From Ascoidea asiatica JCM 7603 (taxonomy: Eukaryota; Fungi; Ascomycota), in the NCBI GenBank assembly GCA_001600695.1, contig BCKQ01000001.1, positions 2,549,521-2,613,520 of the forward strand: a stretch of DNA of 64,000 nt, in the 5' to 3' direction. This document shows, in pieces, positions 26,364 through 36,595 of the stretch. A program made the translations under genes and the position numbers. Below the pieces are notes generated by a model, which made no database searches, had not been told where the DNA came from, and worked only from the letters and a program-made list of their open reading frames with translations. Every line of letters begins with the position of its first letter. The first letter of the stretch is position 1.

Positions 26364-27098
26364 TGTTCAAAGAAAGTTATTTGAATTCATTAGAATTTCT
26401 GAAGCCTTAATTTATAGAAAGTGATGATTTCGATGAGAGTTAAATTATTTAGTGTGGAATATGTCTTCTCCATTTTTTTTTAATTCTAATTAATTGGTTT
26501 ATTATTTAGTCCTTTATGACATCAAGGATGAAAGAAGTAGAAACAAAAGATGAATATTTCAATGAAAAATTAAAATAAGTATCAATATTACAAATTATAA
26601 ACAGTATTGATTGATATATGTATGATTTGAATTTCCTCTTTTGATAATTATATATAAAATGATTATTTAAAATTAAAATATAAATAATTAAAAATATAGT
26701 CACTCATAATTTTAAAAAAACATGACTACGAAACAAATATATGACATAATATCAGTATAATTTTAAAAAACAAATAAAAAACGAAAAAAAAAAAACAATT
26801 CAATGAGTGATTGAAAAATCCTGATTTGAAGAGTGCATTTTCTGGGGTAATAGAAATTACGAATCTCCAGATGCATGACGGAAAAACTTTATGTGGTTGA
26901 GATTAAGTGTTTTGTGCAGATAAAAAGATATTGCACATGTTGTTGCTTCTAGATGCACTTGGGCATGTGAGTGCCGGATAAATCTACATTTTTCGATAAT
27001 TAAAGAATAATTGATTTATAATTAAAAAAGAGCATATTTTTTTTTTTCATGTGAATAAAAGTGAATAAATATAGAGTAGATAGATATATATAAATTAT

Positions 27099-28400
27099 TT
27101 ATTCTTTTACAAATAAAGCAGCTGCACCCATTCCACTACCAATACACATTGAAGTTACACCAATATCACCAGTATTAAGTTCATTTAAAAGAGTTGCAAC
27201 TTGTCTTGTACCTGTTGCACCTAATGGATGACCTAAAGCAATTGCACCACCTTTTGGATTAACTTTTTCAATTGGAATTTTTGCTTTATTAATTGAATAT
27301 AAACATTGAGAAGCAAAAGCTTCATTGATTTCAAAAATATTAATATCATCATTTGTTAAATTAAATTTTGTTAAAAGTTTTGGAATTGCATAAGCTGGTC
27401 CAACACCCATAATTTCTGGTGGTACACCAATTGAAATACAACCAACATATTTACCAATAATATTTAAATTAAGAGATTTTGCTATTGATCTTTTAGCTAA
27501 TAAAACTAAAGCAGCACCATCTGAAATTTGAGATGCATTACCAGCATGAGTTGAACCATTTTTTTTAAAAGCAGGTCTTAATTTTGATAAAGATTCTGGA
27601 GTTACATTTTCTCTTGGACCTTCATCATTTTTAACAATAATTTTTTTTGATTTTTTAAATTTTTTTTCTTTTTTAATATTTTCCTCATAATCATCATCAT
27701 CATCATCATCATCATCTTCATCATTATCTATTTCTTCTTCAAATTCAATTGGTAAGATTTCATTTTTAAATAAACCATTTTTAATTGCATGAATTGCTTT
27801 ATTATTTGAAGAAGCGCTAAAAGAATCTTGATCAAATCTTGAAATATTAAAATTATCAGTAATATTTTCATTAGTTATACCCATTGGAATAAGACATTTT
27901 TTTGCATTTGAATCTTTAATTAATAATTTACTTAAAGTTGGAATTGAATTTGGACCATAATTTGAAGACATTGATTCAACACCACATGCTAAACCAATAT
28001 TAATTTGATTTGAAATAATTTTATTTGCAATATCATTAATAGCCATTAAACCTGAAGAACATTGTCTATTAATTGCAATTAATGGAGTTTTTAAATTAAA
28101 ACCTGCAGCTAAAGTTGCAGCTCTATGTTCATTTGCACCAGAACCTTTATTTAAAACATTACCAACAGAAATTTCTTCAATTAAATCTAAATTTAAAATA
28201 TTTAAATTTTTAAAATTTTTTAATAATAAATATAATAAATCTTCACTTTTTAAATTTTTAAAAGAACCTTTACCAGCTTTTGTTATTGGAGTTCTAAAAG
28301 CAGAAATTATTACAACATCATCATCATTTTTGGATTTAATTTTTTCAATTGGAGTTTTTATTGGTAATAAATGATTTGAAATTTGTGATAATCTATCCAT
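27099..28400 (-). CDS. POT1: Peroxisomal 3-ketoacyl-CoA thiolase
   Basis: N-terminal PTS2 RLSQISNHL; INRQCSSGL (active Cys), NEAFA, GHPLGATG, SMCIGSGMG. Confidence 0.97.
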   Translation of the reverse strand: MDRLSQISNHLLPIKTPIEKIKSKNDDDVVIISAFRTPITKAGKGSFKNLKSEDLLYLLLKNFKNLNILNLDLIEEISVGNVLNKGSGANEHRAATLAAGFNLKTPLIAINRQCSSGLMAINDIANKIISNQINIGLACGVESMSSNYGPNSIPTLSKLLIKDSNAKKCLIPMGITNENITDNFNISRFDQDSFSASSNNKAIHAIKNGLFKNEILPIEFEEEIDNDEDDDDDDDDDYEENIKKEKKFKKSKKIIVKNDEGPRENVTPESLSKLRPAFKKNGSTHAGNASQISDGAALVLLAKRSIAKSLNLNIIGKYVGCISIGVPPEIMGVGPAYAIPKLLTKFNLTNDDINIFEINEAFASQCLYSINKAKIPIEKVNPKGGAIALGHPLGATGTRQVATLLNELNTGDIGVTSMCIGSGMGAAALFVKE

Positions 28401-28959
28401 TTTAATAATAATAATAGTATAATAATATAAAGAGTTTAGAGAATATAAGTAATATGAATATGAATATGAATATGAATATGAATATAAGCACTGTAAGTAA
28501 TATAAAATATTATATAAGTAATAAATATTAATGGATTAAGAATAATTGGAATAGAATCGAAGAATATATATTATATTATATTATTTTATATATTTTATAT
28601 AATTGGAGAATATTTTCAAGATATTTTAAAGATGAGCATGAATGAATTAAATCAACTTACTAATTCTCCATTCAAGAGAAAGTGGGAGAAGATTATATTA
28701 TATTATATTATATTATACTATTATATTACTATTATATTACTATCATTATTACTAATTCACATACTTTCATACTTTCTTTCTTCCTTTCTTTCTTTCTTTC
28801 TTTCACACTCATTCAGCATTTGATTGATCAGAAGCAATCGATCGAAGACGAGTCTGAGTTAGAAATGGCACTTGATTCTTGTTGTTTTGTTATTTTTGTA
28901 TTATGAGTGCTCCTGTTACTATTATTATTACTATTATTATTACTATTATTATTATTGTT

Positions 28960-29500
28960 TTCGACTGTAAGTTACTGGGCTCGAGAAAGTCTCAGTTCTG
29001 GCTCCAGCAGGTTATTAACGCTAACGCTAACGTTAATGTTAATGTTACACAAGTTAAGCAATTGTTGCCGGCAAGCTCCAAGAAGAAGGTCACATGCCAA
29101 AACGGTCACATGCCTCTAGCGACTGCGCGCTGACCAGGAAAACGCGGGGAAAGAAGTGCACAGTGTAACACAGTCTAGCACAGAGTCCAGCATTTCAAGA
29201 AATTCCAAATTTCTGGCGACAACTAAAACAACATGAGACCAAAAATACGGAGCACCTGCTATTTATAGCTGAATGCATGCCACTGGCTTGAATCGCTTAG
29301 CCACCCGTGCGACTCCTTGCTGGTGCTTAAAACAGCTGCACTATATGGACGTGCTCTCCCCTAGCACCCAGCGGAAACCCATGGCAACTGCCCTACAAGC
29401 TCTCTTCGCTTCCCGTCTGTTTCGATCCATGTTGTTCGTGCATCTAGTCTACGCATACTCCGGCCCTGACCCCTGGCTTTCAAAGCCTGCTTCTAGAAGA
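28960..29500. promoter_or_regulatory. GC-rich island in the divergent POT1 / ORF 29851 promoter
   Basis: CpG-rich block bounded by (ATT)n and other simple repeats. Confidence 0.5.
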
Positions 29501-29850
29501 CAACAAAAATATATGAATAAATTGAATAAAAGAATAAAAGAATAAAAGAATCTAATGACAGTCTACTTTACTGTTATTCTTATTATTATTATTATTGTAT
29601 TAGTCCTTCTCCTGAATCTGATTTAATAGGTTTTTTTTCATTTATTTTTATTATTTATAAGATTCAATTACTCTTCCTAATTTTTTTTGTCAATTTTAAA
29701 ATTTCAGAAAATAAATAATTTTATCTGATTCAATTTACTTTAAATACATTCGTTACTCAATTCAATTCAAATTCAAATTCAAATTCAAATTCAAATTAAT
29801 TTAATTCAATTCAATTATAATCATTAATAAATTTAATTTATATATTAATT

Positions 29851-30627
29851 ATGTTTTCAATCTCAATTAAAAAAAATCTATTATTAATTTTTATTTTCTT
29901 AAATTTTTTAAATCTTTCAAATGCTTGGTCTTTAAGAAAAAGAGTAATTTTTGCTGATATTACAACTGTTACAACAACTCTTGGAAAATCTGATTCAAAT
30001 TCAATTTCTTCAACAATTTTACCAATTTCTATTCAAAATTCTCAATCAACTTTAACTTCAACTATATCAACTAATGGTAAACTTAAAACAATTACAAAAA
30101 CAATTAATCCAACTATTAATGTTAAACAAACTGTTTGGGTAACTGTTACTCCTTCTGATTATATTTCTTCTACTTCTTATTATTCTTCAAGTTCTCCTTC
30201 AAGCTCTTCTTTATCAGCTTATCCTTCATCCACTTCATTATCACCTTCAAGTTCAATATATTCATTATCTCAAACTTCTATTTCATTTCCAACTTCATAT
30301 TCAACTCCAGCTCCAATTTCTACTCCTTCTAATTCTGATTATATTGATGAAACTGAACAACCAATTGAAATTTCAATTCAAACTGTAACTGTATTATATG
30401 ATCCAAGATTTAATTCTTATATTAATATTTATCCTTCTTCAAGTAATTCAATTAATTCAAGATCTTCTCAATTTATTTATTATAAAACTCCAACTGCAAT
30501 GAATGTTTTCACAATCATTACTTCAAATTTTGTTTCGGATAAATCAATTCCAACTTTAACTTCAGGTTTAGCTTCTTTTGCAACTTCTTCAATAACTGAT
30601 TCAACTACTATTATTTCTCCAAAATAA
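29851..30627 (+). CDS. Secreted Ser/Thr-rich (cell-wall-like) protein
   Basis: Signal peptide ending …LSNA, Kex2-type site LRKR, TVWVTVTP motif, very high Ser/Thr content. No hydrophobic GPI tail. Confidence 0.75.
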   Translation: MFSISIKKNLLLIFIFLNFLNLSNAWSLRKRVIFADITTVTTTLGKSDSNSISSTILPISIQNSQSTLTSTISTNGKLKTITKTINPTINVKQTVWVTVTPSDYISSTSYYSSSSPSSSSLSAYPSSTSLSPSSSIYSLSQTSISFPTSYSTPAPISTPSNSDYIDETEQPIEISIQTVTVLYDPRFNSYINIYPSSSNSINSRSSQFIYYKTPTAMNVFTIITSNFVSDKSIPTLTSGLASFATSSITDSTTIISPK

Positions 30628-30976
30628 TAATTATATTTGATATTTTATGTTTCATGCTTTATTTTCTATTTTAATTTATATATATATATTTTTTATCTCT
30701 TTATCTCTATTGGTTTATGTGAAATTCAAGTGAAATTTATGTGTCGGTAATTGGATTTCTAATTATAAATATTTATATTTATTCTTATTTCATTTCATTT
30801 CATCTTTTTTGTCCTTTTCTTCATTAAATTTCTTCATCAAAAATATCTATTAAAAATATAATTCTTTTTATTTCTTTTTTTTAACTTCATATTTATATTT
30901 ATATTTTTTGGGCTCAAAGTTTTACAAAATAAATAATATTTCATTAAAATCATTCAATTAGTTATCATTATGATTA

Positions 30977-32725
30977 TTATACTAAACTATTATTACTTTC
31001 ATTATTTGCAATTTCAGATTCATTTTCAGATTGAGATTCAGAACCAGATTGAGTTAATTTCAATGAACTACTTTGAATATAACCAAATATTGAAAAAAAT
31101 GAAACTAACCACCAACTTAACCAACCAATTTCATATTTATCTGAAATTGACATTAATTTTCCCCAAATTATTGGTCCAATAAATCTTGCTAATGATGAAC
31201 TTGAAATTGCTAATGAATTAACAAATAAATTATATTTTTTTGGTATTGATATACTTAATAATAAATATAATATTGGAAATGCAATTGCACTTGAACTCAT
31301 TGCTAAAATTGTTATAAAATATAATCCAAAATTAACTAATTTTAAATTTCTTTCATTATTTGGTAATAATGATATTTTATATAAATTTTCTGGTAATAAA
31401 AATATTGTTAATGGTATTAAAAAAAATACAATTGGATAAATACCTTGAAAAAACTTAAAAGTTTTTAATGGTGAAAATTTTCTATCAATTATTGGATAAA
31501 CAAAAATTATTATAAAAATTCCAATAGTTCCAGTTATTGATAATAATTTTCCAGTCATATCTGCATCAAAATTAAAACCTCCAGCAATTTTAAATGGAAA
31601 TTTACTATTTTTTGAATAATCAATTGATAAAAAAATTGGTAAAAATTCTGTAAAAACTAAATCTGATAATGATATTATAAAACATGAAATAATTAATTTA
31701 TAATTTTCACCTTTTGAAAAAAAATCTTTCCAATTAACATTACTAAAATCTATTTCTTCATCATTATCATCATTATCATCTTCTTTTTGTATTTCATTTG
31801 AATCAATTGTTGAAATAGAATCCAGAGAATCCAGAGAATCCAGAGAACTTGAATCAATACTTGTTGTATGATGATGTTTTAATAATGATTCTTCTTCACC
31901 TTTATTAATATAATTTGAATTGGATTGATTTTCATTTGAAATAATTTCCCAAATTCTTTTATTTTCAGAATTTTTTAAACCAATTAATTTTAAAATTTTA
32001 TCACCATAATATAAACCTGAATCATAATTAGATTTTAATATAGGATGAGTTTCTTCTAAGAAAAAATAAATACATAAAGCACTAAGAATATTTGTTAAAG
32101 AACAAACTAAATTTGGTAATAAATATGGATATTTTTCAAAAATATTTGAATCAAAAGTTAAATTTGAATTTGAATTTAAATTAGAATCATAATAATCATC
32201 ATTTGAAATTGGATTAACTAAAGAACCACCAATTAAAGGACCAATTACAGCACCAACGTACCAAATTAATGGAAGAGTACTAAAAGCTAAAGCACGATGT
32301 TTTCTTTCAATTGCAATTTCATCAATTGACATTCTTATTACAACTAAATTACCATTTAATAAACCCATTAAAAATCTTGTAAATAAAGCAAAATAATAAT
32401 TTGGAGATAAACCAAATAAAATATTACAAAAAAAAGTACCAAAAAGACCTAATAAAATTGTTAATTTACGACCATAAATTTGAGCAAATTTATTCCAATG
32501 TATTGCAGAAAATACTTGAGCAATTGCAAAAGCAGAAGGAAAATAACCTGTATAAGTTGAGATACTTGATTCAGTTTCTGCAATATGAAAATCTCTAACC
32601 ATGAAATAAACATATGGAAATAAAGATGTAAAAGTTATTGGTTCAGCTAATCTTGCCATACATATTATAAATATTTGACCAACTGGAAACCCTCTTAATT
32701 GTTCTTTAAAAGATAATTTAGTCAT
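30977..32725 (-). CDS. MFS transporter, YCR023C/ZIFL-like, copy 1 (start placed at ATG 32725 by comparison with the paralog)
   Basis: LSFKEQLRGFP…RLAEPITFTSLFPYVYFMVRDF, GRK motif, RFLMGLLNGN, GPLIGG, YPYLLPNL, FLEETHP; about 12 TM segments. Confidence 0.9.
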   Translation of the reverse strand: MTKLSFKEQLRGFPVGQIFIICMARLAEPITFTSLFPYVYFMVRDFHIAETESSISTYTGYFPSAFAIAQVFSAIHWNKFAQIYGRKLTILLGLFGTFFCNILFGLSPNYYFALFTRFLMGLLNGNLVVIRMSIDEIAIERKHRALAFSTLPLIWYVGAVIGPLIGGSLVNPISNDDYYDSNLNSNSNLTFDSNIFEKYPYLLPNLVCSLTNILSALCIYFFLEETHPILKSNYDSGLYYGDKILKLIGLKNSENKRIWEIISNENQSNSNYINKGEEESLLKHHHTTSIDSSSLDSLDSLDSISTIDSNEIQKEDDNDDNDEEIDFSNVNWKDFFSKGENYKLIISCFIISLSDLVFTEFLPIFLSIDYSKNSKFPFKIAGGFNFDADMTGKLLSITGTIGIFIIIFVYPIIDRKFSPLKTFKFFQGIYPIVFFLIPLTIFLLPENLYKISLLPNNERNLKLVNFGLYFITILAMSSSAIAFPILYLLLSISIPKKYNLFVNSLAISSSSLARFIGPIIWGKLMSISDKYEIGWLSWWLVSFFSIFGYIQSSSLKLTQSGSESQSENESEIANNESNNSLV

Positions 32726-33926
32726 AATATATTGTCTAGTTTTAGAGATTATTTGAAATATAAAAAAAGATTTTTTTAATGTATTTAAAGAATATAATAG
32801 TAAAAAAAAAAATAGTATAATTGTTAAAAGAATCAATGAGTTTTGAGAATAAAAAGGGAAGAATCCTCTTTTATATCAAAAAAAGATAAAGTGCTTATCT
32901 CTGATCATTATTGAAAACATATCTTATTATTTTAATTCTTTTCTTAAAAATTAATTCATTAGTTATTGAGATTTGATTAGTATAAAATTTTTTTTCAAAT
33001 TATTTTCAATAAAAAAAATATAAAAAATAAAAAAATAAAAATTCAAGACCGATAATTTGAAATGAGCATTTTTGAGTAGTTTAGAATAGTGTACTTTAGT
33101 AAAGCTAGGTTTTCATAAAATTGGGCTAAATACTTTTGAGGTAATAGTTCCATGAACTTAATTAATGTCATAATACTATTATTATTATTATTATTATTGT
33201 AATATTGTTTGTAGACAGGCTAATGCAGTGGACTTCTAAATTTGAATTATTTAATATTTTTGATTAGCTTAATATAGACTAAGTTCCTTTTAAAATACAA
33301 AATGAATTTCCTGGTTGGGCTTTGAAATACTCAATTGAAATGAAAGTTCATTAAAGAAGAATGAAATTTGAAATAATAATTTTAAAAAAGGTCATTAGTG
33401 ATAAAATATTTAATAAAATAACAATATGGAATATTGTAGAGATTAAGAAGAATTAAAAATAACAGCCTAGAATTAATATTGTCGCTTGTTTTTTTCTTTC
33501 ATTTTCTATTTAATTCGATAGATAAGCATGTTTTAGAATAATTTTAGGATTTTTCAAATAACTTTTGAACAACTTTCAATAATTTTCAATAATTTTTGAT
33601 AATTTTCAACAACTTTCGACTATTATTTTTAATATTTTTTAGATATTTTTCGAGGATTGTTTAAAAGTGATTTCAAAAGTGGGTTTAAAATCATATTTTG
33701 AAGCAGATTTCATTGAAGCGAGGCCGGGCGGTTTCCAATCTGGCAACTGACACAGGGATAAAGACCACCGGTGCGGGTCTGCAGACAACGGGAAGTTGCT
33801 TGGAAAACACCGTGGATTTTGTTGAAGCAGCGAGCATTCAGTAACTAAATAATAAAGGTGAAGGAGAAGGTGAAGTATTTGAAATAATACAACAATTGAA
33901 TAATCGAATAATAACGAATAGTCACT

Positions 33927-33983
33927 GAATGAATGAATGAATGAATGAATGAATGAATGAATGAATGAATAAGTGAATGAATG
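33927..33983. repeat. (GAAT)n tetranucleotide microsatellite within a GC-enriched region (about 33700-34050)
   Basis: About 11 perfect units plus a degenerate tail. Confidence 0.92.
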
Positions 33984-34375
33984 ATTCTGCTGTCACACGT
34001 TTCACAGCTGGTGAGACTTGCAAGCAGTTGAGATCAATGGCAGGTTCCATTTATTGCATTCAATATTTTTGTTTTCATCCCAATTTAGAAAGTCACAAAG
34101 ACCTTTTTAATTTCAATTCATTTGAACGACTGAAAATATTCAAGAAATCTAACAGGAATTATAGTTTGAACTGTGTATTAAAGTTATGTCAAAAAAAAAA
34201 GATTTCATAGTCAAAAGTAGTAGGAACTTTACTATGAATATGAATGAATGTTAATGTGATTGAGAATGATATAAAAATAATTATAAAATGAAGAAAGAGA
34301 AAAATATGTTGTATTGTTTATATAAAGTTAGTGTAAGAACCTTTTTTTTTTAATGAGATTAATTGATTCATTTAG

Positions 34376-35650
34376 TTATGGAGTTAAAATAGAATCATTT
34401 TTTTCTATTATATTATTATCATCATTTGATGAATGTATTTTATTATAAAATTGATTAAAAGATTTATAATTATTTTTAAAATCAGAAAATTTTAAAGATT
34501 TTCCAACTGGTATAATAAATTGTCTACCTTTTAATAAATAACCTGGATGAAAAGGTATTAATAAAATTAAAATTGAAAAAGCCATCATTAAAGCATCTAA
34601 AATAAAAACATAAATTTCATGAGTTATTAAATAACCTGACCAACCTTGAGCTAATTCAACAACTCTATAAATACATCTAATATAAACAAAAATTACTGCT
34701 AAAGTTATAAAAATTGGAAAAAATTTAAATAATCTTGTTTTTCTAAGTTCTTTATATTTTGGATCAAATAAATGATCTTTAAAAGATAAATCAAAATATG
34801 ATAAAATATTTTTATTTTTATTTTCATTTTCATTATTATTTTCATTATTATTTTCATTATTATTTTCATTATTATTTTCATCTTCAATTTCATTATCATT
34901 TTCATTTTGTTTTAAATTTAAATTTAAATTTAAATTTGGATGTAATTTAAGTAAATTATTTGTTTTAAAATAAATATGATAAAAAAAATAAAACCAATAA
35001 AATAAAAATACAGACATACTTGCAACTTGAAAACAAATTCCTGTTAACATTATATGAGTACCATTTTCACTTGGATTTGATTTTGGATTTGAAGAATTTT
35101 CATTTTCTTTTAAACTTGTTGCAGCTAAACCACCACCTAAACCTTGTAAAGCTAAACTTATTATATCACAAGTTATAAAAATATATGAATAAGCAATTGG
35201 ATTTAACATTGAATAATAATCACCATAAATTATAACTAATTTTGCTAATAAATAATATATACCACCCATTATAAAAGCTGGAGCAATTGTTAAACAAATA
35301 ATTTGTAAAAGAAAATAATTAACATTTGAAACATCATTATGAGCTAAAGTTCTACCAATATAACCTGCCATTTCTAATCCACAACCAATAAAAAATGCAA
35401 TTCCAAACCATGTTTGTTTATAATATATAGCAAAAATTGAATGAAATATAAAAAAAATTGCCATGGCAATTGTAAAAACTAAATTACCTGGTAATGAAGG
35501 TGTCATACCATATAGATTAACATCATCATATGAATTTATATCAATAGTTATATTTATATTAGATGATAATGAACTTGATTGACTTAATGTTAATGAAGAT
35601 AAACCATTAGTAATTGATGATGTTATTGTTGATACTGTTGTTGATGACAT
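34376..35650 (-). CDS. RSB1: RTA1/RSB1-family lipid-translocating exporter (7-TM)
   Basis: YGMTPSLPGN, GCGLEMAGYIGR, QIICLTIAPAF, FITCDIISLALQGLGGG, IRCIYRVVELAQGWSGYLITHE…LDALMM, HPG. Confidence 0.9.
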   Translation of the reverse strand: MSSTTVSTITSSITNGLSSLTLSQSSSLSSNINITIDINSYDDVNLYGMTPSLPGNLVFTIAMAIFFIFHSIFAIYYKQTWFGIAFFIGCGLEMAGYIGRTLAHNDVSNVNYFLLQIICLTIAPAFIMGGIYYLLAKLVIIYGDYYSMLNPIAYSYIFITCDIISLALQGLGGGLAATSLKENENSSNPKSNPSENGTHIMLTGICFQVASMSVFLFYWFYFFYHIYFKTNNLLKLHPNLNLNLNLKQNENDNEIEDENNNENNNENNNENNNENENKNKNILSYFDLSFKDHLFDPKYKELRKTRLFKFFPIFITLAVIFVYIRCIYRVVELAQGWSGYLITHEIYVFILDALMMAFSILILLIPFHPGYLLKGRQFIIPVGKSLKFSDFKNNYKSFNQFYNKIHSSNDDNNIIEKNDSILTP

Positions 35651-36049
35651 ACTAATATTTTGATTTTGATTTTAATTTCTATTTCTTTTTACCTAAAGAA
35701 CAATAGATAAAGGTCACAAGATAATTTATAAAATGATAATTTCAATAAAAACAATATGAATATTAATGAAAATTGAAATTAAAATTGATCCACTTTGGCA
35801 ATAAGCATTGGAGTAAGATTATAGTCAAATATATTACTTTCAAAGTACATTTTGAGAAAGAATCAAAGAAAAAAAGAAACCGATAAAGGAACTTCAACAA
35901 TAAGAAGAGCTTATTGTAAAATAATTCAAGAAAGTAACTTAAAATATTATTTTTTTTTCAATTTGTCATACAATTCAAATAAACACTGCCGTAGAAATCA
36001 GTAAACAGTAATCAAATAATATTTCAATCTTCGATGGTTGTTTTTTTAA

Positions 36050-36370
36050 GGGTTAACTGAGGTCTGAAGACTTGAAAGCGAGGGCTGGAGCAGAAAGTGC
36101 CGAGAATACCGCACACGGCTTGCACGCGGGAGCACGGGAGCACGGGATAGACTGCCGTGTTTATTCCGTGCCAGGTTACCAAGCCGCAAAGTGGCTATAC
36201 ACGGATGCAAAAATTTACTAAGCCACCCATGCATGGAAAAAAATTAAAAATAAAAGGATATACACAACGGAGGTTTATAGAGAATAATATTTTCAGTAAA
36301 AAAACCTCAGTCACGTGTGAAGTCTTGGAAGTATATTTGGGGTGTGCACTAAGTGTCGGCGGTTAATTCT
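36050..36370. promoter_or_regulatory. GC-rich island in the divergent RSB1 / FYV10 promoter, with GTCACGTG (Cbf1/Tye7-type) at about 36310
   Basis: CpG- and CGG-rich block; E-box seen directly. Confidence 0.5.
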
Positions 36371-36595
36371 AATGCGATAAGAAGATAATTATGATTTGTG
36401 AGAGAGATAAAAGATAAAGGATAAAGAATAAAGAATAAAGGATAAGATCAAACTTCTTTTTTGCACTTTTATTACTTAATTCTTTATTCGAACACTTATC
36501 CTTCTAATCATATTACAATATACAATATTTAATCTTTCAAATAAACTAAATATATCTGTTCATCTTTTTATTGAATAGTGGAAGGCATTTATATA

